Shown here: piece after piece, positions 22,201 to 41,797 of the stretch
Numbering within the stretch: the stretch's first letter is position 1
How the letters are laid out: each line of letters opens with the position of its first letter
Source: the human T2T-CHM13v2.0 reference genome, Homo sapiens
Assembly: GCF_009914755.1 (NCBI RefSeq)
Contig: NC_060932.1
Length of the DNA stretch: 64,000 nucleotides
Direction: 5' to 3' (one strand)
Program-made: the position numbers and the translations under genes
Notes under the pieces: generated by a model
What the model saw: the letters and a program-made list of their open reading frames with translations, nothing else
The model's database searches: none
What the model was told of the DNA's origin: nothing

Positions 22201-23000
22201 AAAAAGCCATCCAGCAGAATGTTTCCTTATCCCTAGCAGACCTATTTCCTGGCCCCTCAGCTGCTTCTGATGTTTCTTCTCAACTAAAAAAAAAACCACA
22301 CAGTGTATAATAGTAACCTTTCAATCAAAAATCAGCATCATAGGTGAAAACTAAAAGCCTGCCGTTGTTTGTTGTTCCTGTTGTTTAAAAGCTGATAGAG
22401 GTATTCTGGTAATGCCACTGTGCTGCTTCATTACCCTGAACATATTTTTTTTCCACTGTATTAATGTTATGCCATATTTTTTGCAGTTAAGTACTTATGC
22501 ATGAGCAAGTATAAGAAAATGATTGCTTATCAGTAGCATGTAAATTCAGAGTCAGAAATGAAGGTGATGCCAAACAACTCCACAGACTGTCCACATGGGT
22601 GGCTGAGATAGTGACACCTTTCCTTTCTGATGGTTCAATGTATGCAAACTTTGTTTCATGCAGAAAATTACTTAAAATATTGTATAACATTACCTACAGG
22701 CTATGTGTATAAGGTAGATACAAAAATTTCATGTTTGGCCTTGGGTCCCAGCCCCAAAATATCTCATTATGTATATGCAAATACTCCAAAAAACAAAACA
22801 AAACAAAATTCAGAAATCTGAAACATTTATGGTCCCAAGCATCTCAGATAAGGGATTCTCAACCTGAATAAAGCATCAATGTTCTTTTTTACAGCTGCAT
22901 CCTATTCAATTACAGAGATATAGCATATCTTACTTGCCCAGTGTTTTGCTTATGGACATCCAGGTTCTCTTTTGATATGATAAACAATGCTGCACTGAGT

Positions 23001-23090
23001 AACCTTATATATAAGTCAATGAATGAATGAATGAATGAATGAATGAATGAATATATATAAACTTATATATAAGTCAATGAATGAATAAGT
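23001..23090. repeat. (GAAT)n microsatellite within a short local duplication
   Basis: cttatatataagtcaatgaatgaat occurs twice, with the first copy expanded to about 8 GAAT units. Confidence 0.85.
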
Positions 23091-24129
23091 CATGTGCTAG
23101 TATATATGTGGAATAAATTCCCAGAAATGAAACTGAGAATACAGACACATTCACACACACATAAATATAAAAGTAGATATGCTGACAAATAAGTATATAA
23201 TCATGTAATAATATAATTTTAATAATGTAGTATAACATAAGATCACTATTGTCATAACTATATGGTAATTATTAAAATTATTGATTACATTATGGTATAT
23301 TTTACCTATTATAATTATATGTTATATAAATATATATACATATACACTGATTTCAGCAAGTTGTCCTCCATAGAGTTTGTACTAATTTATTCTCCAACAA
23401 GTAATATATGAGAGCCCTTCTTTCCCACAGTTCCATCAATAGGGTATTTAATGAAATTATTTGGATTTTAGCCAATCTGTGATGAAAACTTATTAGCTCA
23501 GTGTAGACTTAACTTGTATTATTATGAGTGAAGTTGACCATCTTTTCATATGATTAAGAAGCTAAATCACCTACTTGTTCTTTGCTCATTTTTCCACTGG
23601 GTTTTCGGTCCTTTTCTTATGTGTATACAAAGGAAACTAGCCCTTTTTTCGAGATTATAAACATTTTCATTTGGATTTTGACTTCACTTATAAGCTTTTA
23701 GTTTTGCAGTCTATTTGATTTTTTGCCATATAAAAAATGTCATTATTTTATTTTTGCAAATGAGTGGATGGTAATGCCATTTACTAAGGTAAGAAACACA
23801 GGGGAAAAAAAAAACAGTCTGGAGGGGAACAAGATGGGCTCAATTCTAGTCATCTAAAAGTAGATTTCCGGTAAGCAACTGGATTTACAAATCTCAGGAG
23901 AGATTTGAACTAGAAATATAATTTTTGGTGTCATCAGCACATTGCTTAAAGCTTTCAGAAGAGACAAAATCATCAAGAAAATGTCTAAGAAAAAATAAGA
24001 GTCAAACACAAAACACATATCAAGGAAACACCAATATTTAAGAAATGAGGTCATGAAGCACAAGAAGGTAATATTTGGCTACATCAAAAGCTACCAAAAG
24101 TGCAAGCAGCTTGAAAGTTTAAGTATCCA

Positions 24130-26260
24130 TTGTAGAACTTCCACTTCTAGCCACCAGGTTTATGACAGGAAGCAGAATTATCTGTCAGCTGCAAATAGCT
24201 ACAAAACTCAACAAAATGTAAGAAACTATTTTCAGATGCTGGCTATCAGGCATTCCAGAACTGGATATACTGAGGTCCCCAAGAGAAGGAGAAGAAATAA
24301 GATGAGCCCTGCCATCGCCCAGGCTTTAGATCTAGAGACTATGTCAGACTGTAGCACAGGAAAAGAAGAACTCAAAGAGAACCAAGTAATTTTGCTGAGT
24401 TGAAGAAATAGAGCTTAGAGTTTGGTGAGGAATCAAGGCAAATGGAAATTCCATTACAGAGTATCGGGAGAAGGGAGCTATGCAGGGAAAAGGTTCAGCA
24501 ATCTATCTAGAGGTTTCCATGAAATGCCAATCTGTGCATGCTTACAAAACACTCCTCAAAGCCCAGCAAAACCAGTTTCTTAAGGCGAAAAAAAATGACC
24601 AGGGAGGAATAAAAAGCAAAATTCCCAGACAAGGCAATTTATCACAAAATATCACAAGGCAGGGAATCTTTCCCACTATCCAGAGTTGAAAGAACTCCAC
24701 GAATACAAAGGTCATTCAGAAAAGAACTCAGAACAGCATTATTTTAGAAAGGAGATTATATTACCAAAAGATAAAGGATATTCCAGATTCTCCCTAGAGG
24801 AGCTTAAAAACTAACCTCAAAAGCATCAAGCCAAACCACAAGACAACTTGCTTAACTGCCTACCAGAACGAGTCTGTAACTTCTTAAGCAAAGCAAAATT
24901 CAACATTCACAAATGTAAAATTAACAATGTCAAAAAAATAAAAAAAAAAATTATTAAACCTATGAGTAATCAGGAACTATAACTCATAAAGAGAAAAATT
25001 AGCCAATAAAACAGACCCAGAAACGAGGTGGTGAAATTGATAAAAATCTTAAGAAAACCTCTTATGAATATACTTTCACATACTCACAGATGTTAAAGGA
25101 AATGGAAGGTAGGGGGAAAGATAAATGGAAATTTAAGAGATAAAAAATAAAATATTTGCTTTCGTTGCTGCAGCAGACGCTGTGAGTATTTTCAATGCTT
25201 CAGAAGAGGCTTGCCTCTAGTGTCCTCCGCTGTGGCAAAAAGAAGATCTGGCTGGACACCAATGAGACCAATGAAATTGGCCATGCCAACTCCTGTCAGC
25301 AGATCCAGAAGCTGATCAAAGATGGGCTGATTATCCATAAGCCTGCGACTGTCCGTTCCTGGGCTCACTGCCAAAAAAGCACCTTGGCCTGCCAGAAGGG
25401 CAGGTACATGGTCATAGGTAAACAAAAAGGGTACAGCCAATACTCAAATGCCAGAGAAGGTAACCTGGGTGAGGAGAATAGGAATTCTGCATCAGCTGCT
25501 CAAAGATACTGTGAATCTAAAAAGACTGATCGCCACATGTATCACAGCCTGTACCTGAAGGTAAAGGGGAGTGTGTTCAAAAACAGGTGGATTCTCATGG
25601 AACACATCCACCTGCTGAAGGCACACAGACCCACAAGATGCTCCTGGCTGACCAGGCAGAGGCCTGCTGGTCTAAGACCAAGGAAGCATGCAAGTACCAT
25701 GAAGAGCGCCTCCAGGCCAAGAAGGAAGAGAGCATCAAGACTTTGTCCAAGGAGGAAGAGACGAGGAAATAAAGCTCCCCTTCTCTTGTCTGTACATAGT
25801 GGTCTTGGTGATTATACAGATCAATCATTAAAATAAAACAAGCCTTTATCTGCTAAAAAAAAAAAAAAATCTGAAATATAAATTTTGTTGAATAAGATTA
25901 AAAGGAGATTAGACAGTGCAGCACAAAAGATGAAATCATTTGAAAAGGAAAAAGTGTTATTTAAATAAAGGAAGAAACAAAAAGCCTGAGTCCCACATGA
26001 AAAAGAAACAAATGGGATGGGAAGTAAGGAAAGAAAAGTAAGGAAAGGAAGGAGGGAAATAAGGAGAAACATTTTCCAAATTTTATGTAAACCATAAACC
26101 CACACAGATGCATCAAATTCAACAAATTTGAAAAGATAAAACACACAAAGAGAGAAAGAAGGAGAGGGAGAGAGAGAGAGAGAGAGAGAACCAAAATATA
26201 TTATGATCAAATTGCTGAACATCAGTGAGAAAGAATACTAAAAGTAGTCACAGGAAAGAC
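24130..26260 (+). mobile_element. Ancient L1M 5'/ORF1 region (host of the RPL19 retrocopy and Tigger1)
   Basis: A-rich degraded ORF1-like text (atgtaaaccataaacccacacagat...atgatcaaattgctgaacatcagtga). Confidence 0.6.
25159..25869 (+). pseudogene. RPL19 processed pseudogene, full length, antisense to STK3
   Basis: Intronless copy from the pyrimidine-rich 5' end (ctttcgttgctgcagc) through [35 protein letters not shown] and [10 protein letters not shown] to the 3'UTR, AATAAA (25832-25837) and A15 tail. The start ATG is mutated to GTG (25182) and there are several 1-nt indels. Degenerate TSD aaaataaaatatttg / aaaaaaaaatctg. Confidence 0.97.
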
Positions 26261-26263
26261 ATA

Positions 26264-26920
26264 TAGGCATATCTCAGAGATACTGCAGGTTCAGTTCCAT
26301 ACCGCAACAATAAAGCAAATACCACAATAAAGCAAATAACACAAAAATGTTTGTTTTCCCAGGATATATAAATGTTTACACTATACTGTAGTCTATTATG
26401 TGTACAATAGCATTATGTCTGAAAAAACAACGTACATACCTTAATATAAAAATAATGTTTGAGGTGAAGGATACCCACTATGCCCTGATGATTGTTATGC
26501 ATTATATGCCTGTATCAAAATATCTCATGTACCCAATATATACACCTACTATGTACCCATAAAAATTAAAAATAAAAAAGATTTTAAACACTTTATTGCT
26601 AAAAATGCCAATGATCATCTGAGCCTACAACGAGTCAAAATCTTTTTGCTGGTGGAGAATCTTGCCTCTATGTTGATAGCTTCTGCCTGATCAGGGTGGT
26701 GGTTGCAAAAGGTTGGGTTAGCTGTGGAAATTTCTTAAAATAAGACAACAATGAAGTTTGCCACATCAATTAATTCTTCCTTCCCAAAAGATTTCTCTAT
26801 AGCATGTGATGCTGTTTGATGCATCTTACTCACAAGTAGAACTTTCAAAATTGGAATCAATCCTCTCAAACCCTGCCACTGCTTTCTCAATTAAGATTAT
26901 GGAATATTCTAAATCCTTTT
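26264..26920 (-). mobile_element. Second Tigger1, terminal part, containing an L1M 3'-end insertion (~26455-26587)
   Basis: TA|taggcatatctcagagatactgcaggttcagttcca is the same terminus as at 1218; continues ...tgctaaaaatgccaatgatcatctgagcc... Confidence 0.88.
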
Positions 26921-27619
26921 TTATTTCCAAGATGGCAGATTAGAGGCTTTTAGTGGGCCTCATTCACTTGGAAATAGCAAGATAGTGTACAAAGGCCAAC
27001 TCTGAGAGCTTTAATTCACAAAGGAAAACAGGAATCCACTGGAATCGTGACAGACACCTCAGATCCAAGGAAGACACACAAACACAAACAGCCCCTATTA
27101 TGGCATCCAATTGATAAAAGTGAGGGAAGCCCAAGTATGCAAGACAGTCAGAAAGCCTCCCTCTGTGACTCACTTTTCCACTGGAGATCTGAGCAACCCA
27201 GGTCAAGAAAGAGCACTTTGTTTCTTCTAAGCCCTGGATCTAACTTGGGGACAAGCTGATTTGGAGATGCTGTGAGGGACAGACACTCGGAAAAGCTACT
27301 GGCATTTCCCAGACCCAGGATGGAGAGCAGGACACTATTTTAAATGTGGGTGCATGCAAGTCAACCATTCTTTGGCAACCCAGTAGCATGGCCACATAGG
27401 CTTCTGGCTCTGGAGCAGGACAGAGGTCTTCACAGCCACACTGTAGTTAGTGCCTCAGCAGTAGGTGCTGGGATTGTGCTCTCCTCCACTGCAGGTCAAG
27501 GATGAGAGAAGAGCTGCTACAGCTATTGTTTCTCCTGGACAACCAGACTTCAAGCCAGATCCAGCTTAGCAACCTGGAACTGGTCTGCATGTGCCATGAT
27601 TGGTTGCCACAGCCTGTTC

Positions 27620-28600
27620 CCCTGTGGTGCAGCAGGGCCCTCTCTGCTCTACTCCCTGGCAAAAATCCAGGCATTTGGAGCAACTGTTTGCCTGGACAAG
27701 CAGGCTGAACCACCTCACCCTTCATGGATATAGATCATGGCACAGTGGAGGCCTCTCTGCTCCACATGCAGGCAGATCTAGAGCTATTCAGAGCACCCCC
27801 TCACCTGCAACCGCAGTCTGAGTTGCCTTACCCTTCCTGTGTGTGCATAGATTGTGGTACAGTGGGGCCCTCTCCACTCCACATGGAGACAGATACCCAG
27901 GCATCTAATGCACCTGCTCACATGGACTAGCAGATTGAGTTGCCCCACTTTTCCTGTGCAGAGATTCTGTGCAGGGGGGCCCTCTCTGCTCCATGCCCAG
28001 GCAAATCTCCAGGCATTCAGAGCATCTGCTCACCTGAATCAGCAGCCTGACTTGCCTCACCCTTCCTGTGCAGAGATCCTAGTGTAGGGAGGCCCTCTCT
28101 GCTTCACACTCAGACAGATCTCCCAGGCATTCAGAGCACCCACTCACCTGGATCAGCAGCCTGAACTGCTCCATCCTTCTATACATAGATTATGGTGCAG
28201 CAAGGCCCTTCCACTCCATTGCCCAAGAAGATCTCCAGATATTCAAAGTACCTATTTGCCCAAATTGGCATATTGGGCCATGCCACTCTTCCTATGAAGA
28301 GATCTGGGTACAGGCAGGCCCTCCCTGCTTCATGCCCAGGCATAACTCCAGGCATTCAGAGCACCTGCTTGCCTGGTTCAGCAGCCTACATCACCCCAAC
28401 CCTCCTCCGCAGAAATCTTAGTGGTGGTGGGGTGGCAGGGGGACCCTTTCCACTTCATATCCAGGCAGATGTCCAGCCATCTGGAGCACCTACTCTTCAG
28501 GATTAGGAGTTTAAGCTGCCACCCATCCCTGTGCAGAGAACTTAGGGCCAAGGAGGTCTCCCAGCTTCATACCCAGGTACACCTCTGGGTGCTTGGTGAC
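27620..28600 (+). repeat. Degenerate tandem array of about nine ~114-bp units in the L1 5'UTR
   Basis: The core ggccctctctgctcca...ggcagatctccaggcattcagagca recurs near 27636, 27750, 27864, 27975, 28089, 28203, 28315, 28440 and 28552. Confidence 0.85.
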
Positions 28601-29406
28601 TACCCACTGGATTCTCCCTATGCGCTGACACTTGTGCTTGCCACTGGAGGGTCTGGCGGTGAGCCTGCCCAGTCCAGCCCTGCATATCTTTCCCTCTGCC
28701 CCCTCAGGGCTGAGCAGGAAACTCAGACTACTGTACACTCCACAAATCAGCCCACTGCCTGAGGCAACGGAGAGCTGCTCCCAGTAAACAAGGATCAAAT
28801 ATATACCCAGTCACACTGGCAACACCTGGCTCTTACCCATAAGCTTATAGGCCAAACTACACAGCCCAATATAAAACCTGCCAACTGAAGTGCATAGGAC
28901 TATAAAAACAAAGCCAAAAGACTCTACACAGCATTATTTCCACTCACAACCCCTAAGGAGTAGGGGAAAGGGAAAGAAGAAAAAAACAACATTGTAAGAC
29001 AAGAAAGAAAAAATCCTACCAGTACGAAAATAATTACACAAATTAGCAGTGCCAGTGTCTCCAGATGGGAAGAAACCAGTACAAGAATACTGGCACCATG
29101 AAAAAATCTGAATGTAGTGCCACCACAGAAGGATCACACTAGCTCTCCAGCAATGGTCCCCAACCAACAAGGACACTCAGAAATGACAAAGAACTCAAAG
29201 CATGGGTTGCAAGGAAGCTCAGAGATCCAAGACAAGATTGAAAATCAATACTAAAAAACTTCAAAGGAAATCCAGGAAATAAGAGGTAAAGATTTTTAAA
29301 AGAAATCAATCAGAGCTTCTGGAAATGAAAAAGGTTTACTTAAGAAATTTCAAAATATAACTGAAAGCTTTATCAATAGACTGGACCAAGCAAAAGAAAG
29401 AATTTC

Positions 29407-36496
<7,090 letters not shown>

Positions 36497-38229
36497 TGGA
36501 GAAACCCCATCTCTACAAAAAATACAAAAAATTAGCCAGATGTGGCGGCACAAGCCTGCAGCCCCAGCTACTCAGGAAGCTGAGATGGGAGAATCACCTG
36601 AATCTGGGAGGTTGGAGCCGAAATTGTACCACTGCACTCCAGTCTGGGCAATCAGAGTGAGACAGTCTCAAAACAAACAAGCAAACAAATACTTCTAGAC
36701 CTAGGAAAAGACTTAAACAACCATACATAATAATGGGAGACTTCAACAGCCCACTGACTAATGCATTAGCCTGACCACTGAGGCAGAAAACTAACAAAGA
36801 AATTCTGGACTTAAATTCAACACATGATGAATTGGACCTAACAGACATCTGCAGACTACTTCATCCATCAACCACTGAAGATACACTGTTCTCGTCTGCA
36901 CATGGAAGATACTACGAGATCAACCACATGCTCGGCCATAAAACATGTCTCAATTAATTCAAAAAAAAAACAAAATCATACCAACCATACTCTCAGACCA
37001 CAGTGTAATAAAAATAAAAATCAATACCATGAAGATCTCTCAGAACCACATAATTACATGGAAATTAAACAACTTACTCCTGAATGACTTTTGGGTAAAC
37101 AATTAAATTAAAGCAGAAATCAAAAAGTTCTTTGAAATAAATGAAAACAGAGTATCAAAATCTCTGGGAAGCAGCAAAAAAGTATAAACAGGAAAGTTTA
37201 CAACACTAAACACCTACCTCAAAAAATCAGAAAAATCTCAAATCAACAATCTATTATATCTAGAGGAACTAGAAACAAAAGAACAAACTAACCATAAAGA
37301 CAGCAGAAGAAATAAAAGCAAAGAACTAAATCAAATTAAGACCAAAAATACAAAGGATCGATGAAACAAAAAGTTGGTTTTCTAAGAGGAAAAACAAGAC
37401 CGACAGACTGCAAGCTAGATTAACAAAAGAAAAAAGAGAGAGAAGATCCAAATAAGCACAATCAAAATGACAAAGGTGACAAGCAACCAATGCCACAAAA
37501 ATACAAAAGTTCCTTAGGGACAATTATGAACACTCCTATTTACGCAAACTAGAAAACCTAGAGAAAATGGATAAATTCTTGGAAACCCACAATCTCCCAA
37601 GATTGAATCAGGAAGAAATAGAAACCCTGAGCAGACATCAGTATTGAATTCTGAAATTGAATCAATAATTAAAAACTTATCAACCAAAAAAATCCCTGGA
37701 CCACATGGATTTACAGCCGAATTCTATCAGATGTACAAAGAAGGGCTGGTATCAATCCTTCTGAAACTATTCCAAAAATCAAGGAGGAACTCACTGCAAC
37801 TCATTCGAAGGATGCATCACCCTGATACGAAAACCTGGCAAAGACACAAAGAAAAAAGAAAACTACAAACCAATATCCCTGATGAACATAAGACACAAAA
37901 ATCCTCAGTAAAATAACTAGTAAACCAAGGCTCGGCACAGTGGCTCACGCCTGTAATCCCAGCACTTTGGGAGCCTAAGGCAGGTGGGTCACCTGAGGTT
38001 GGGAGTTCGAGACCAGCCTGACCAACATGGAGAAACCCCGGCTCTACTAAAAAACCCAAGTTAGCCAGGCGTGGTGGTGCATGCCTGTAATCCCAGCTAC
38101 TCCAGAGGCTTGAGGCAGGAGAATGGCTTGAACCCGGGAGGCAGGGGTTGCTGTGAGACGAGATCGCGCCATTGCACTCCAGCCTGCGCAACAAGAGCCA
38201 GACAAGAGCAAAACTCCGTCGCAAAAAAA

Positions 38230-38269
<40 letters not shown>

Positions 38270-38270
38270 C
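36497..38270 (+). mobile_element. 5'-truncated AluJ-like element (36497-36689) and AluSp-like element (37929-38247) with an A/(TA)n tail
   Basis: Alu consensus sequence; the second has TSD actagtaaaccaa/actagtacaccaa. Confidence 0.88.
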
Positions 38271-38933
38271 ATACTAGTACACCAAATCCAGCAGCACATC
38301 AAAAACTTAATTCACTGTGGTCAAGTAAGTTTCATTCCTGGGATGCAAGGTTGGTTCAACATATGCAAATCAATAAATGTGATCCACCACATAAACAGAA
38401 TTTAAAATAAAAGTCATATGACCATCCCAACAGACATGGAAAAAGCTTTCAATAAAATCCAACATCCCTTCATGATAAAAAAAAAAAAAAAAACCTCTTG
38501 AACAAACTAGACATCAAAGGAACATACCTCAAAACAGTAAGAGCCATCTATGACAACTCCACAGCCAACATCATACTGAATAAGCAAAAAATGGAAGCAT
38601 TCCCCTTGAGAACTGGAATAAGACAAGGATGCCCACTCTTAGCACCCCTATTGAACACAGTACTGGAAGTCCTTGCCAGAACAATAAGGCAAAAGAAAGA
38701 AATAAAAGGCATCCAAATAGAAAAAGGAGAAGGCAAACAATATCTCTTCACGGAAAATATGGTTCTATACCTAGAAAACCTGAAAGGCTCCACCAAAGGC
38801 TCCTGGAACTGATAAACTACTTGAGTAACGTTTCAGGATACAAAATGAACAAAAACCAGTAGCATTTCTATACACCAGTAACGTTCCAGCTGAGAGCCAA
38901 GTCAAGAACACGATCCCATTTACAATGGCCACA

Positions 38934-39015
38934 AAATACAATACAATACAATACAATACAATACAATACAATACAATACAATACAATACAATACAATACA
39001 ATACAATACAATACC
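38934..39015. repeat. (AATAC)n pentanucleotide microsatellite, about 16 perfect units
   Basis: Seen directly; expanded from the L1 ORF2 aaaatac site. Confidence 0.97.
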
Positions 39016-40093
39016 TAGGAATACATCTAACCAAGGGGATGAAGGATCTCTACAAGGAGAACTATAAAACACTGCTGAAAGAAATCAGAGATGACACAAA
39101 CAAATGGAAAAACATTTCATGTTCATGAAGTGGAAAAATCAATATCATTAAAAATAAAAAACATTTCATGTTCATGAAGTGGAAAAATCAACATCATTAA
39201 AATGGCCACACAGCCCAAAGGAATACACAGATTCAACACTATTCCTATCAAGCTACCAACATCATTTTGGACAAAACTAGAAAAAAACTATTCTAAAATT
39301 CATATGGAACCAAAAAAGGGCCTGAACAGCCAAGGCAACTGTAAGTAAAAAGGACAAAGTCAGAGATATCACATTACCCAACTTCAAACTATACTATAAG
39401 GCTACTTTAACCAAAAAATCATGGTACTGGTACCAAAACAGACACATAGACCAATGGAACTGAAAAGAGAACCCAGAAATAAAGCTGCACACCTACAGCC
39501 ATCTGATCTTCAACAAAATTGACAAAAGCAATAGGGAAAGGACTCCTTAATTCAATAAATGGTGCTGGGATAGCTGACTAGCCATACGCAAAAGAATGAA
39601 ACTGGACCCCTAACTCAAGATAGATTAAAGATTTAAACAGAAGACCTCAAACTGTAGGAATCCCAGAAGAAAAAAGAGGAAACACCATTCTGGACATCAG
39701 CCTTGGGAAAGAATTTATGACTAAAAGCAATTGCAACCAAAAAACTGACAAGTGGGACCTAATTAACCTAAAGAGCTGCTTTTGTGCAGCAAAAGAAACT
39801 CTCAACAGAGTAAACAGACAATCTACAGAATAGGAGAAAATATTTGCAAACTATGCAGCCGTCAAAGGTCTAATATCTAGAATCTGTAAGAAACTTAAAT
39901 CAAAAAGTAAAAAGCAAATAATCCCATTTTAAAAATCGGCAAAAGACATGAACAAACTTTCATCAAAAGAAGACATACAAGTAGCCAAACATATGAAAAA
40001 ATGCTCAACATGACTAATCATAAGAGAAATGCAAATCAAAACCACAATAATATACCATTTGTACCAGTCAGAATGACAATTATTAAAAAGTCA

Positions 40094-40370
40094 GGCCTCG
40101 GATTTCTGGACTGATAGTGAGCACTGGCTTCAACTTAAAGTCACCAACCTCACCAGTCCCTAACAAGAAAGTCAGCCTGTACTTTGAAGTTTTGAAGCCA
40201 GCCACTGACATCTTTTCCCTAGCTATGACAGTCCTAGATGACACCATCTTCCAGTAGAAAGCTGTTTCATCTACATTGAAACTCTGTTGTTTACAGCAGC
40301 TACACTCATCGATTACCTTAACTAGATCTTCTGATAACTTATTGCAGCTTCTATATCAGCATTTGCTGCT
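40094..40370 (-). mobile_element. Continuation of the second Tigger1
   Basis: gagcactggcttcaacttaaagtca...gtcagcctgt...gtcctagatgacaccatcttccagtagaa aligns by eye to 1725-1965. Confidence 0.9.
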
Positions 40371-41797
40371 AGTGGGTGGTTTCTTGGCCCACCTGAAGGG
40401 CAGACAGCTTTTGCTTCTACTTGCCCATCAGAAACATGATTTTTTGCCTGGAGTCAGAATGAAAAATATTCCTATCCTTCCCCCATCAGCAGATGGCTTT
40501 TCCTTCTCTCTCTCTCCCTTAGGACAAGTATATCATGTGCAAGGATTGGAAGACAATATTTTTAAACTCAATCCTCCCCAGTTTGAGCTTAGATCAAGGC
40601 AATAAGAATCAAAATCCCAGAAGCCTTTCTGGTATGTCATTACACATCACTTTGAAAGGTGCATGCCAAAACTGAGAGAAAGTAAGATAACTGACTGCAA
40701 AGGAACACAACACAACTTTTTGAGGTGGTAGAAATGTTCTAAATCTTGATTTGGGTGAGTTACAGGATTATACACACTTTGTCAAAACTCATCAAACTGC
40801 ACACTTAGAGAACATGAACTTTATTATATAAAAATATTAATGATCCTATCTTTTAAAACTTCAGCCAGTTTTTCTAGTAGAAATTGACAAGCTGGCAATC
40901 TTAGAGTTTGTGTATTTTCTTCAATGCTGCTCAGAACTCTGACAGTAGAATTTGTCCAGAGTTAGCATTTTCCAGGCAGATGCCACAGAACAACAATGAT
41001 ATAAGGGAGTTAAAGATATTAGCAAAAGAATGGTTGATGAAATAGACCGAGCAGAGAAAGAAATTTTAAAAGAGGGAGGGGAACTAATGAGCAGGGAGAG
41101 GAATAAAGTAGAAACATTTTGTGAACGATTAAAGAGCATATTCCTATAGAAAGAGAAGCAATCTTTTTTAAAAATTGACAATTGTGCCTTAGAAATCAAA
41201 GAGACTTCACCTTCATGGCTAAGCTCAAGATGAAGCCATCCACATGATACAGCAATAGAGGCAGCACTATACTAACAAATCTCATTAATATTAAACCAAA
41301 CAAGTAATCTAATGGCTACATTATTCTCCAGGAGTAAAAAGTTTGCTTCAAGGCAGCTCATAATCTGGCTCACTTTAAACAAATAAGTCAAAGATCCCCC
41401 AAATGAATCCAGTAAACACGAGAATTTTCTATATTTCTATATTTCTATGTCAATATAAAATACACATACAACACAATTTTCTATTTTCCTGACTTGGCAA
41501 ACACAATATAATGTACAGAGTTTCATCTGTCTTTGACATATTGTGAATTTTAACACCTCAGAATATCATCATAAAGGTAATGTTTTTAATCAAAGGCCCC
41601 CAAAAACGTTATTCTTGACTGAGTGGCTTTAGAGCATGTACTCTTCTAGTTGCTTGGGAATTTTGTGGAGAACAAGTTACCCACAAAGTACCTCTCCTGG
41701 AAGTTAAAACAGAGGATTTCTTATATGCTTAGGCAGACATACTCTAGAATCATCTTTTTAAAATAAGCAACTAGCAAATGCAATCTGGTTTTCCTAT

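Noticed and set aside
27447-28798. Cluster of overlapping ORFs, and a possible CRISPR-like repeat-spacer reading of the ~114-bp array
   Set aside because: The units are homologous along their whole length with no unique spacers, are diverged, and lie in an L1 5'UTR of a primate genome. The ORFs reflect higher GC content.
38771-39128. ORFs with (YCIVL)n / (YNTIQ)n peptide repeats
   Set aside because: Translation of the (AATAC)n microsatellite.
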